DNA of 64,000 nt. Origin: Octopus sinensis. Its lineage: Eukaryota. Shown piece by piece: positions 51,021 through 64,000 of the stretch (position 1 is its first letter; the number at the start of each line of letters is the position of its first letter). The notes under the pieces are model-generated. The model was not told the origin of the DNA, made no database searches, and saw only the letters and a program-made list of their open reading frames with translations. The DNA lies in assembly GCF_006345805.1 (NCBI RefSeq), contig NC_042997.1, positions 96,472,001-96,536,000 on the forward strand. The letters run 5' to 3'. The position numbers were made by a program, and so were the translations under genes.

Positions 51021-53487
51021 TACTATTGAAATTCTTTTACTTCCTACATATGTTTCGAAGACAACATTGGTATTATTCCAGAAGGTATAAAATGGTGTAA
51101 AACAATGCAATCTTCTCATCAGGGAAAGAAAGAAACCAAACACATCAATAAGTTATTTCAACAGAATATGATAACTGCGACTCGTTTTATTTTAAAAGAT
51201 CACGAACAAAATTATTTTAATAACCCATCCTTACGACATATTTATCCTACTAGCTCTGGCATCGGTGTACTTAGCAAAAATATTCTAGACAAATATATTA
51301 CTGCCTTAGTTAAAAAATTAAAGCTTAATTTATGGTCTGATTCGTTCTAAGTGGTCGAATGGTTTAGTTCTATTAATAACAAGAAATACAGTTCTATTAA
51401 TAACAAGAAAGTTTATCCAGTTTGATATTTCCATTTTCTGTCAACCCAATCGTACTTATCAAGGCAGGCTGGCTCGCTCACAACAAAGCAGGTCTCACCA
51501 AGGATGAAATTAATGTCGTGTTGACCGCCAGAAAATATATTATTAAATTTGATAACAAGCTATTGGTCCATAAAGATACACCCCACAGTTTTGATGTCCC
51601 GATGGGAAGTTCTGATTCAACACAAATCGCTGATTTGGTCGGTATGAGATGGCTGACCAATTATCAAACATAAATGGAGTTCTATATCGTGATGATTGTC
51701 AACTCTACTTTCAGAATTCTTCTAGCCAAAAATTACAAAGGGTTAAGAATAGCTTTGTTGAATTTTCCCGAAACATGGGCTTAAGCATTGTTTTTGACGA
51801 TGATGTAACTAAAGCCAACTTTTTGGATATTACCCTTAACCTGCACAATGATTCGTACTTCCCATATCATGAACCCTCAACTAAATTAAAATCTATTAGC
51901 TTTTTCAGTAATCATTCAAAGGCTATTACAAAGAATTTAGTTAGGACTATTTCACGTAGACCTCCTAGATTATCTGCTAATGTTGATAAAGCTGAATTTT
52001 ATAACTCTGCCTTACTTAAAGCAGGCTATAAAGAAAAAAGATACCTATATTAACCCTATTGACATTAATTCTACCTCTATTAATCAGGACATGAAATCAA
52101 GTTGTAAGGACATTAACAATTATAATTTTTTTCGAATAACAACACCAAATTGAGTAAAGTATTTCTGCAGTGTAAGGGAGATAACAATTATTTAAGACCC
52201 ATTTTCATTAAAAAGATACATCGAGGATGTTTAAGGATAATTACCCTAATAATAAGATATGTCCTAGCAAAATTGTCTGGTTAATAATTAAACATGGTAA
52301 GCAGATCAAATATAACGTCCCTTACCAGTTTCGTGAAGCTACAGAAAAGAATTTCTCAAGAAATTCAAGATACTATTCGATTATTAACTCACACCGAATT
52401 AGGATAGATTTTTCTAACACAAAAAATATTTCACAAATCATCTCTTCGCATAATAAGTTGTTAAATCCAAATCCACTTAATGAAAATATTAACATTAATC
52501 TTGTTAACACTAACCATTCTTTAAATAATATTAACACCGGAGTTATTGTTTCTGAAGTCAACTCCAATCGCATTCGTTTTCTTAGCAGTAATTCTAAGAC
52601 AAGAAACTCTATTCATCAATATAAAATTACTTCCGGTTCTGACGTCTTTTTTATATAGATAGTTCATCATCTCAGTTGTCCCAAAAACTATCTAATCATT
52701 ACTCTAAATTTAGGCATATCAATAAACGTAACAATACTGGGTTTAGTAAATTAATCTGGTGTCTAAAATATAATAAACAATTTAATTTAGAATGGAATAT
52801 TCTCTCATTTTCTTTACCTTATGACAAAGGTAAATCTTTTGCTCTCTTTGTAATAGTGAAATGTATTTTGTTAATCCTACTCTCTAAGAATCCCCTTGTA
52901 AACACGTTCATATAACGCGTTTATCGTTGCAAACATTGGCAGAAACATACTTTGAGCTCCTATTAGTTATTTCTACAATTCTATAAAATTTGACCTTTGA
53001 TTGTCTTTTTACATTGCACTTCCAGTAAGTATATCTACTTCCTATCCTTTAAGATTCATTCTAATCCACATATCTCTCTACATCTCGCCACTATTAGTTT
53101 TCTGCTAACCTCTTCCTTTCTCCTCTTTCTCTTTCTATAAACTACCTTTGACGTAATATCTACTAACGGTTTAAAAAAAAAAAACTTGATAGCATTCCCT
53201 TCATCAAATATGCAGTGATGACATTCTGTTAAAATGTCTTATTGATGTGTTTGGTTTCCTTCTTTCCCTGATGAGATGATTACATTATTTTACACCATTT
53301 TATTCCTTCTGAAATAAGACCAATGCTGTCTTCGAAACATATTTCGAAAGCAAAAGAATTTGAATAACACCTGCATTTAACTCCATTAATTTATTTATCT
53401 ATATTATACAAAGCATTTCACCTAAACCTGGATTTTTTACCTTTATAAATAGGCTGTTACATCCTTGTTACTTGTGTGAATTTTTGC
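51021..53487 (+). mobile_element. Decayed Penelope-like element of a different clade (Hydra-group-like) with inverted pLTRs (51021-51152 and 53238-53367), tail and (TA)n
   Basis: RHIYPTSSGIGVLSKNILD, NLWSDS..VVEWF, FDVPMGSSDSTQIADLVG, LYRDD, NFLDITLNL, C-terminal H..FRH..T..SKLIW..EWNIL..C..CKH; clade assignment is by recall. Confidence 0.85.
51040..51128 (-). ncRNA. Type I hammerhead ribozyme with long stem II (decayed sense copy at ~53262-53350, +)
   Basis: TTCC-CTGATGA-GAAGA..CATTG...CAATG..TCTTC-GAAA-CATATG-TA-GGAA; palindromic stem III. Confidence 0.75.
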
Positions 53488-53528
53488 TATATATATATAT
53501 ATATATATATATCTATATATATATATAT

Positions 53529-53571
<43 letters not shown>

Positions 53572-53978
53572 ATATATAGATAATGATATGTAAATGTAAG
53601 AGTCAAGTATTGAGATGCAGAAAGTTAGTAAGCTTCGAGCAATCCGTACAAGATATAATAAGCAACTTCGAAGGACAATAGTAGTTTATTGGCTCAGAAG
53701 GTTGTAAACGTTTCCCGTATTGAAGTTCGATGTGCTGGAAAAACCAATTTTATAGTTCACAGTTACCAGAGAGGGTTGCTATGATTGCGAACAAAAATTC
53801 ACATTGAGGAAATGGAGCAGGTTAAATCCAGTTTACATATGTTTCCTAGCTTGTAGAACTTGGGAAGTAATAATTACTCAACGTGGGTTACTCCACTACC
53901 TACTTATCAGGCCGAAGATACCTTAGTTAAATGACGGTTTCATTGTCGTCAAGGAATCCCTAGTTATCTCGCTAGAGA

Positions 53979-54133
<155 letters not shown>

Positions 54134-54140
54134 TATATAT

Positions 54141-54197
<57 letters not shown>

Positions 54198-54206
54198 ATT
54201 ATATAT

Positions 54207-54250
<44 letters not shown>

Positions 54251-54331
54251 TATATATATATATATCCATATATTCAGACCGCTGGTAGCGGAGAATTCTT
54301 TCTAAAATCTTTTTGCTACCCTTATATTTAT

Positions 54332-54363
<32 letters not shown>

Positions 54364-54389
54364 TGAAGTATATATATAAGTATATGAAT

Positions 54390-54715
54390 TATATGATTTA
54401 ACTTATTGAACAAAGTAGTTCATATCTTACGTAAATGGAGGAGGTTGGATGTTAACATGGATGATAAATTTTTGTGCAATTGTTTCATACAGAAAGACAA
54501 TAAATTCAATCTAAATATCTGAGCGGTCAAAACTTACACCTCAGTAGCTTTTTGAAAACTCGGCTTCTTAAAATGAATTGATTGCTTTTCTGTATGAAAC
54601 GATTGTATAGCTACATGAATAAAATAAAATCACCCATTTTAACATCTAATGTCCTCCATTTACGTAAAATATGATTGAATTTGTTAAACTTTGTTTAATA
54701 AATTAAATCATATAC
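54390..54715. mobile_element. MITE-like inverted repeat
   Basis: Diverged arms ~54390-54515 and ~54570-54715 (e.g. TTACGTAAATGGAGGA and TCCTCCATTTACGTAA). Confidence 0.6.
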
Positions 54716-54882
54716 TAACTATACATAGAAAACTTTTCAGATCTCCGATAATTTAGACCAGTAAATTCAAAGTAAAGTATGAAAAAACAACGCTAGAAAT
54801 CTTTTGAAAACTACTCCAGTTAGAAGACGAAATTGCATTCACCTTTAAAGAATATATATGCATCAACGTACACACACACACA

Positions 54883-55716
54883 TACAGCGTGTGATGGGGG
54901 AAGTGTCGCCTTTTTACATTTTAAATTTTGCGCAAGCGCATTGTTTGATTTTGATTTTGTAGACTACACATTATAGTAGGGTCAGTTGGGCACTGTCATT
55001 GAGAAAAACAGCACCATGATGCAATTCAGTCTGCTAGATACCCGGAAATGACATTTACCGCTTGGCATTCGCGAGGGAAGCCCCAATACCAACATTTCAG
55101 AGAGTCTGGGTGCCGATCTGAGGACAGTGCAATTTGAGGACATATACCTAGTCAACATCATTGTATTTGGCGCCATTATGCCTCCATTCATCTCTCGATG
55201 CGGCATTAGACACATACACAGAGGGATATATCAAATGCCTGGAGGAGGTAGTGCTGTCCAGGGTCAAGATGGTGCCTCCTGGAAGATACTATGTCTGGCA
55301 ATAGAACTCTGCACCATTTCACACAAGCAGGAGAACCTAGTCATGGCTGTCAGAAAATTTCTTCGACCACATCACCCCTAAATCTGGCAACTTTACGTAT
55401 GTAATCTCCTTGACTAATGATTATTGTGTAGGGCGCAGTTCAGCGATAGACCAGCAAAACTTCTTGTAATACCGAAATGAACTGAAGATAAGGATTATAG
55501 CAGCATTCAGCAACTTAAACGATGAGACTTCCAAAAGTTTTGCAGTAGATTCCGAAGTCTTCTGGGAGCTGTGCTTGAAGTCAATGGCGATTTCATTCAA
55601 TAATTTTACTTTTTAGTATTTCAAGATATTTTTATGTAATTTTGGCAAATACATTGGTCAAAATGAGATGTCGATGTCATTTTTGTGCGATTTCGACCAC
55701 AGTTTATGGAACCTGT
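54883..55716 (+). mobile_element. Second copy of the deleted maT-like element
   Basis: Collinear with 42744-43587. Confidence 0.75.
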
Positions 55717-55783
55717 ATGTGTAAGATATATAATATAAAAACGCGAGGACTAGGAACACATATAGTGTTATTGGACGCTCAGG

Positions 55784-55816
<33 letters not shown>

Positions 55817-56574
55817 CATATCAGATAGATAAATTATTAAACCACATTCAAAAATATTGCAATCCGTTATGAAAATACTTCTCTTCCATTAATACCAGGA
55901 CCTTAAATATAAATAGTACCTATAAGAAAATTATACCTAAGCTTACATTTTAATATTAAACCAACACCAATAAACTTTTAACACACATCAGTACGAATGA
56001 ATAATTCCCTGCCTCGGTTAGCCATATTTTGGTTCGCCTTAATAATAGATAATGTATTACAACATATTCAAATATTCTCTTTCTAAAATGTTTTTTACCT
56101 GTTGATGTAAAACATTCCCATTTATTGTCTTTCATGAGTTATTAATTTTTAATATATTACTGAAGTTGCTAATCTATAATGAGATTATGCTTCTGTAATA
56201 TTGCACCTTGAAACCTTTATATACTTCAATTTACATATTTTTTTAATATTATTTCCTCTTTATTATTATGTATTATCCTCTAACTTTACCCTTATAAGCT
56301 ATTCTGGAAGATTCAAACAAATTAAAGTTTCTTTTATGGCATTACGGAACAAATATGTTCTTATATATATATATTTCTATATGAACCTGTCTATATATAT
56401 GTGTGTGTGTGTGTGTATGTGTGTGTGTGTGTGTGTGTGTGTTATACAGAAATATTTATACGTAAATGTATGTATTTGTCCGCATGCCTATGCGTGTATA
56501 TGTATGTGCATATATATATGCCTCTAATCTGTATGTTTGTATATATACACACACACATACACACACATATATAA

Positions 56575-57335
56575 GAGCAGCAATACATAAGCCAAACAAT
56601 AAAACAGACTACGTCAAAAGTTGGCTCTGCACAGATCACTGATCAAATTTCCGAAAAACAGGAAAATAGCACTCAGCCAACACATCAACATTTGCGCCAA
56701 TAACAAAAATCCCACCTTCAGAATTTTCCACCCTATCAATTCAGGGACGATACAACCTGTAGCCAACGAATTAGTAAAGAGTCGTTCTTTATTACAAAAT
56801 ACAGACCCCTTTTGAATGCATCTACAACAAGTGACATATCCACCACAACCTTAGAATAACACACACGCAAATATTAAAAATGATACTTTTCGAAAGGGAT
56901 ACCCAAGAATTCATTCAAAACAGTCCCAATCACTACTATCATCCACAATGAGGCAATTTTAGGGTCACTTGAACATTTAACATCCTACTACCATCATACA
57001 ACGCCCGCATTCTTTTATTATTCTTTTTCTTCTTCTCCTTTTTTCCTTCTTCTTCGTCTTCTTCTCCACCGCCTCCTTCCTTCCTACTGCTGCTTAGAAT
57101 AATACCCACGCAAATATTAAAAACGATGCATTCAAAAGAGATACCTCAAGAATTTATTTAAAACAGTTCCGATCACTACTACCATCCACAACGAGTTACT
57201 TTCAGGGCACTTGACTGTTTCACATCCTACAAATATCATACCAGTCCCGCATTCTTTTATTATTCCTCTCTTCTTCTTCTTCTTCTTCTTCTTCTTCTTC
57301 TTCTTCTTCTTCTTCTTCTTCTTCTTCTTCTTCTT

Positions 57336-57371
<36 letters not shown>

Positions 57372-57652
57372 TTCTACGCCCTTTCTGTACTACTACTGCT
57401 GCTTAAACAATCAAAGACAAGAATTCGGAACTATCTCGAACTCACAAGAGAGAGAGACGGACAGAAACAAGGAAAATGCCCCTTTTATTTGAATACTATG
57501 GAAATATTTTTTTCAAAACTTTTTCATTTGATTTTTCTACAATTTAATTGTTTTCAATATTCGAGTTGAAAAAGTCTCAATGACTGAAACCGGTACTAAA
57601 ATATTTTCATGATAAAATTATTTTAGCAATTTCTAACTTGACTTATTTTCCT
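56575..57652 (+). mobile_element. PLE 3' fragment: GIY-YIG end, tandemly duplicated 3' UTR (~243-bp period), HHR variant at 57556-57605
   Basis: QYISQT../RLRQKLALHRSLIK..ALSQHINIC; TTGAAAA-AGTC.TCAAT.GACT-GAAA-CCGG-TA; ends at (TA)n. Confidence 0.65.
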
Positions 57653-57703
<51 letters not shown>

Positions 57704-57830
57704 CACACATACATATATGCACCCATACCCATGTTAAGCGTATGGACATTTATAAAATTTGGATATAAAATAGGCAGTGTGTTTACATTTATATTGTTTA
57801 CATTTATATCGTATATATATATATATATAT

Positions 57831-58036
57831 AACGGGAAGCTTTATGAAAATAGACAAAAGACGAAGGCAGGTGGGAAACAAACAAACAATTGTATTAGTA
57901 TGGCGCTCAGGAAATATAAATAAAACAAGTCTTTAACGTTTCGAGCCTACGCTCTTCAACAGAAAGATACACAGAGAGAAAAAAACACAGAAAGAAGGAG
58001 AGAAAAAAAATGCGTGCAGTAACTAACGAATCAACA

Positions 58037-58038
<2 letters not shown>
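57831..58038 (-). mobile_element. Solo pLTR fragment of the 38-kb PLE family, in (TA)n
   Basis: Shares ACGTTTCGAGCCTACGCTCTTCAACAGAAAG with 38166-38196. Confidence 0.7.
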
Positions 58039-58113
<75 letters not shown>

Positions 58114-58129
58114 CTCTATACATTTGCAT

Positions 58130-58960
58130 ATGGATTGAGATCTGAGGAAATAGGAGGCCAAATGTAAGGGGTTATGTTATAGTAAAAAAATTCAGCCATC
58201 CATTGCTGTGTTACAAGAGCCATGTGTGATAGTACAGAGTCGTGCTGAAACATATGGCATTCCATTGCATACACTATCTATCCAGGGCTTAACAATTATT
58301 TCCAGGACCTCAATGTAGGTGACAGAGTTAACTCCAAGGCTTTGTGGAAAGAAATAAGGAGGTGCCACATGTCCTTCATTGCTGACAACCCCAAAAACCA
58401 TGGCAGTTGCGGGAAATTTCGTATGCGTAACACTTGGAACATCAGAAGGGTGTGCACATAACCATCTGTCATTTTGTCTGTTAACTTTTTGATTTTTGTC
58501 GAAGTTTTTCTCGTTTGAGAAATAACAGATGAAATCTTCTGCTGGGTTTTTTCAGTTTATTTAAGACCCATTTTACATCTGATGTAGTGATTTTCTTTTG
58601 CTTTCTCTAACAGATTGAATTTTCCTTATCATATGAGACTTATATCTGATGTCTTTGCGGAAAACATTTCTGACTGTTCCTTCTGACACATGGAGATCGT
58701 TTACAATTGGCCTCATGGACATTCATGGACATTTATCTGCTGGATAAATTCAGGTGTTCTGCTGATTTCAGAGTGTTTAGAATGCTTCGTTAAAATACTG
58801 GTGACGTTTTTTCTTCCAGTGGTCAAGCTTGTCATTGTGCTTGGTTGATTTCCTTGTGGAGACGGTCATAAGTCGTTCCGGCTGGTTGGTTTTCTTAAAG
58901 GGTCAATTCATAATGAATCTAAAGTCAGATCCGTTCGCATAAAAAAATTATAAATGCAAT
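58130..58960 (-). mobile_element. maT/DD37D-like transposase relic
   Basis: NRQNDRWLCAHPSDVP..TKFPATAMVFGVVSNEGHVAPPYFFPQSLGVNSVTYIEVLEIIVKPWI. Confidence 0.8.
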
Positions 58961-59484
58961 TGATCCCAAAACATACCACTAAAAGCGAAAGCGTCTACGG
59001 ATAAGGTATTCAGAGAAACTGTAAACCAAATTCCTTTTTTAATATTTTCATTTCACTTTTTTTTTTTGTTCAGTATAACTTGTCGACCCCCTTTGCACAT
59101 TCAAACAAATTGATATACAGTTTTAATATTATTAACTGCTATGAACATTCAAACTTACACCTGTCCTCCTAATCCATAATACTAAATTTATCCGCTTTAA
59201 ACATGTTAATTTGTAAACATTGAAACATTTTTATTTGTTAACATTGAAACATTTAAAGATGTTTTTCCAATTCATAATTTTAAACTTTTACCATTGATAA
59301 ACAAAAATGTTTTTCTAATTGATAACCTTAAACTTCTAGCAATGATAAACAAAAAAAACTTTGTTGAAACTAGCTTGGTATATTTGTAAATATATGTATT
59401 TTAAATATTTACGAGTATATGAAATTTGGGTGCATTTTCAACAACACATTTTCCTATATATATGTATGTATACACACACACACG

Positions 59485-59529
<45 letters not shown>

Positions 59530-59575
59530 GCTCTTATGCATACATTTATATGTATCTGTATTCATATTATATTAT

Positions 59576-59608
<33 letters not shown>

Positions 59609-59733
59609 CATATGTTCTTATGCATACATTTATATGTACTTTTATTCATGTTATATTGAGTGTATATGTATGTGATTTTGTACACTTGTGTGTAGATGTG
59701 AGTATTGCTTTTGTTTCACTACAGATTGTGTAG

Positions 59734-60957
59734 ATACAGAAGTTTTTGAAATGGCTATTACTCAGCCCCAATGAGAGGGACTTATGTCCGACACATACCC
59801 TTCAGTCCGTGGAAACTTAGCATTCTTTCTCTTCAGGCGAATCATGGCGCCGGAACCATAGAACATGGCATGTTTCCCGACGAAGTTATGTGAGGAATAA
59901 CGAGTCTGTCACTGCAGTTTTGGCACTACTTCAACATTTACCAAAATCAGGCTGTTGCCACCCGTAACATAATCTTACGTTGAGTGAATGCACTTTGTAC
60001 ACGAGGTGCACTAATAAATTGGAGACTGGTGGGAGCGCTACGAACTGTATGGACCCCGAAGACGTGGAACGCTTCAAGCAAGCCTGCTCTGCTCGGATGC
60101 ATTCCACTAAACTTGGCATCAGTAATCGATCGGTAATGCGTAGTTTGCGTGAGGACATGCTTTTTCACCCGCACAAATTGGTCATTGGACATCACTCAAA
60201 ACCATGGGACTATACACAGCTGTTTCACTTCGCACGCCAGGTGGAAGCAAATTTCGAGGCAAATGACAAACTCAAGTAAATGAATGATGAAGCTAATTTT
60301 CATTTCATGCCATGGTGAATCAGCAAATCTGATGCTATTGAGCTCTTGAAAATCCGAGAGAACTGCACGAAAGACCACTGCATAGCCCAAGAGTGATGGT
60401 CTGGTGTGATGCTGAAAAATTTCAATAATGTAAATGATGTTACTGTGGACTCTAAGCATTAGATCGAGATGATAAACAGCGTATTTGTGCCGCAAGTTAC
60501 GACGAAAATGCATGCCTATTCGACGTGTGTAGTTTCAGCAGGATGGGGCGACGGCCCACACAGCCAGCGCATCAATGGAATTTCTTAGCCCTCTCTTCAG
60601 TGACCGCCTAATTTCCTGGTTTGCTGACATACATTGGCACTTCAGTCCCCTGATTTGTTCATCTGTGATTATCTCTTGTGGGGAAACCTCAAGGCTCAAA
60701 TGTATGCGCCTAATCCCCGTACATTAGACGATTTGAAGGAAGCTGTGTGGAAACAAGTAAACGAGAGCGAATCCTTGTGATATATTAGGCGCTCTCAAAA
60801 CAAAAAAGAATGATAGGCAAAATTATTGCAACTGCCAGACAAATGACGAAGTGAGGGTGCAAGATATGCCAGAGGAGAAAGTTACTCGTGAAGGAATTAC
60901 AATGTATACGCCACCAAAATATGGAAATTGTAAACATTCTTTGATACATATTGGTAG
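59734..60957 (+). mobile_element. Tc1/mariner relic, rosa (DD41D)-like
   Basis: ..LGISNRSVMRSLREDMLFHPHKL..DEANFH..ENPRELHERPLHSPRVMVWC..FQQDGATAHTA..SPDLFICDYLLWGNLKAQMY; boundaries approximate. Confidence 0.8.
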
Positions 60958-62564
60958 AACTTGAACTTATGTTCGAATTGTGCTTTAGCGTTTTAATCAA
61001 ATTTATTCCAACAAAACTTTCAACAATATCATAAATAACTTGGATGAATAGACACACAGGAAAGTGAACAAGTTATCAGGAAGGTGTGTTTCAAAGTATT
61101 GCTGTGTATTTCTCATTGAAAATACTCTATCGAACATCAATCATATTAGAAATGAAAAGAGGGAAATTGATTTTGCTGCTTTGATCTTTAAAATCTTATT
61201 CTCTTTTATTATTTTTAAAAAATCTTATGAGGACATTTTCGTTATTAAAAGTTTTCTTGATATATTTAACTTTGTATTATGTATTTGATGCTCACTTTTT
61301 CTTAGATAAAACTCATTACTTAAAATTTCTTATATATTATCAGTGGGGTGATGTGTGTCAACCTATTACGTGTGCGGTAGAGATCGCTTTTTTTTTTTGA
61401 TAAACAAGAAACCGATACTATTTCAATACATAACAGAACTAATTTCACATTCCTCTCTAATGTTTTTTGAAGAAATCATCAGCATCAAAACAACCCATTT
61501 ATTTAACTGCGATGCAGCAAAGCAAAGATGGCGAATATTTAGTGTCGAGTAGTGTGCACCCAGGATAATACTACTTTACAGCTTATTTCTATCGTTTAGT
61601 AAACGAAAATGTATATTGGACAACGTATTATGTGTACTCTTAGACAAAAAATAAAAATAATTGAAGGCTGAATGTTGGATATCCATCTGAGTTACCTTTC
61701 CGCTTAGATACGTTTGATCAGGATTGATCTGTGTCGAAAAATCCCCCCCCCCACCAAAAAAAAACAGATAAAAAAAGAAATTTAGGTACAAATTGAGTGG
61801 TTGACAGAATCACAGCTATCACAGAACATCCCAAGTGTTTAACCACAACTTGCTGGAGTGCCGAATATGGTCTTCATTTCAGAGGAAGGAATTATATCGG
61901 AATAATAGATATGTTGATTGCATGTAGTAGTTCATCGAGCGATTATGTGGCTGTGGGATGAGGATTTTCTATGTAGTACTCGTATAAAATTTGGGTATAT
62001 AGCTATGTGATATTCCCTAAAATACCAACTACTTCCATAATACAGTGTGCAATCACCGAGTCAGAAAGCGTAATTCAGCTTGGTCACCTGGTCACTTTCA
62101 AATTCCCTCGAACCTGTTTATTTTTGTTTATATGGAGGGTCATATCGCAGTTTTGTCATTGCTTGAATATGTCTGCAATAAGCTTATGATAGTAAAAAAC
62201 ACCTTAATCGTATTAATCACAACAATCTATCCGGCACTTTTATATCCCAGCCTTTCTCTCTACAATGAATAAAACTGAAGAAGAGTAATTTCATGTAACC
62301 ATATTCAATCCCATTATATTCACAGAGTTATGCCACTATTACAACAAACATCACATTCTGCAATGCATACGGTGTAATAAATTACTTAACAAAATATATG
62401 AGCATATTTCCAAAGTTCAGCTATGTTTTGTATGTTCAATGGTTTTGTTAGGAAGATGCGACCGTGACATTAGTATTTTTGTGGCTCTCCGGAATATTTA
62501 CACTCACTGCAGGTTATATTATTCTATACTAGATGACAGTTGGAAAAAAATCGGCAAGGATGAA

Positions 62565-62960
62565 GGCGACGAGCTGGCAGAATAGTTAGCACGCAGGGCG
62601 AAATGCGTAGCCGTATTTCGTCTGCCGCTACGTTCTGAGTTCAAATTCCGCTGAGGTCGACTTTGCCTTTCATCCTTTTCGGGTCGATAAATTAAGCACG
62701 AGTTACGCACTGGGGTCGAGGTAATCGACTTAATCCGTGTGTCTGTCCTTGTTTATCCTCTCTGTGTTTAGTCCCTTGTGGGTAGTAAAGAAATAGGTAT
62801 TTCGTCTGTCTTTACGTTTTGAGTTCGAATTCCGCTGAAGCCGACTTTGCCCTTCATCCTTTCGGAGTCAGTAAATTAACTACCAGTTGCGTAGTGGGTC
62901 GATCTAATCGACTGCCCCCCCCCCCAATGTCGGGGTTTGTGTCTAGAGTAGAAAAGAATA
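62565..62960 (+). mobile_element. SINE family B, full copy followed by a partial tandem copy
   Basis: 62565-62795 is nearly identical to 27416-27651; a second unit restarts at GGTATTTCGTCTG (62796). Confidence 0.85.
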
Positions 62961-64000
62961 TAATCAAGGATGAAATTCACACACATGGACTACCAAGGGA
63001 ACTGAGTTGCCTTTATAAAGCGCAATCCCAAAATGTGGGCCATTTTAAGTAACGATATGTATAGATCTGTGAATAAAAAGGGCCTTGCATAAGAGTCTAA
63101 TGAGAACAAATAAACCCGATCATCAAAGAGAGGTGTAATTTCAGTAGAAATTATGGAGTTTGTGAGAAAACTTTTCCGAACGTCGGCGCTTTTGATGCGT
63201 TTATTCAGAAAAACAAATAAACGCATAGCAATTAAGCAATTAATTCAACGTTTGCATTTTTGTGAAAAATAAAATTGGTGGTAGCTTAGCCTAGTCCGAT
63301 AAGATTTTAAAAAATTATAGATGGCGTTAGAAGACTATTATTATGCAATGATAAATAAAGTAGCTTTTACTAAATAATGAAATATTCCGATATTTTCTCG
63401 CAAAAAACATGAGCTTCTATTTGAAACATGAAATAAGTGAAACAATTGAGGCAAAAGCATACATTACGATATAGTATAAGCAACTACGCTTATCCATATG
63501 GACATACATATATGTATATGTTTATACATCCATACATATATGTACATGCTCGTGGCAAGCACACACACACACACACACACACCACACACACACACACACA
63601 CATATATATACATATATAACACGGGTTCAGATATATATATATATTTTTTAAATAATTAAATATTCTAACATTGAAATCGACAATATATTACAATCAGTAA
63701 AAAGAAAAAAAAAAATTCTGTGAATTTATTAATATTTCTTTATTAATAAATGCATGGAATAACTCACCATATGTCGAGAAAGATAAGAAGAAAATTAATT
63801 TACCTGGGAAATTACCGACGTGTTACCTTGATATAGTAACATAGTTTGTGTTTAATATCAAAATAATACGAGATCCCGCAAATTTTCCTGCAAATTTTCT
63901 CATATATTCGGAACACAAAGTAGAATTTCGATTTTTGTGTCGTTATTACGAACGCGGGCACGCCTGTGTACTTAACAAGTTCGCTTTGCAGCCACGTGGA

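Overview
AT-rich eukaryotic, non-genic (intergenic or intronic) DNA. The SINE families and dense (TA)n/(CA)n/(TAGA)n microsatellites point to an octopus genome (inference). No host protein-coding gene can be supported, and most listed ORFs are microsatellite artefacts. The window is a mosaic of mobile elements: a near-full-length Neptune-type Penelope-like element (PLE; 29.4-35.3 kb) with inverted pseudo-LTRs and a candidate -1 frameshift; three further decayed PLEs; many short hairpin-shaped PLE ends in (TA)n, several carrying hammerhead ribozyme (HHR) motifs; two SINE families; CR1-like, RTE and L1/Tx1 LINE fragments; mariner, maT and rosa relics; MITEs; and an old tandem segmental duplication. 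The most striking signal is a set of non-coding elements from three diverged families, two of them in ~780-nt head-to-tail repeats. They carry all hammerhead core segments in a NON-circularly permuted order (cleavage strand, then GAAA strand, then CUGANGA strand), with compensatory covariation in stems I, II and III. This suggests a retrozyme-like circular-RNA mobile system. All RNA structures were derived by eye and are untested.
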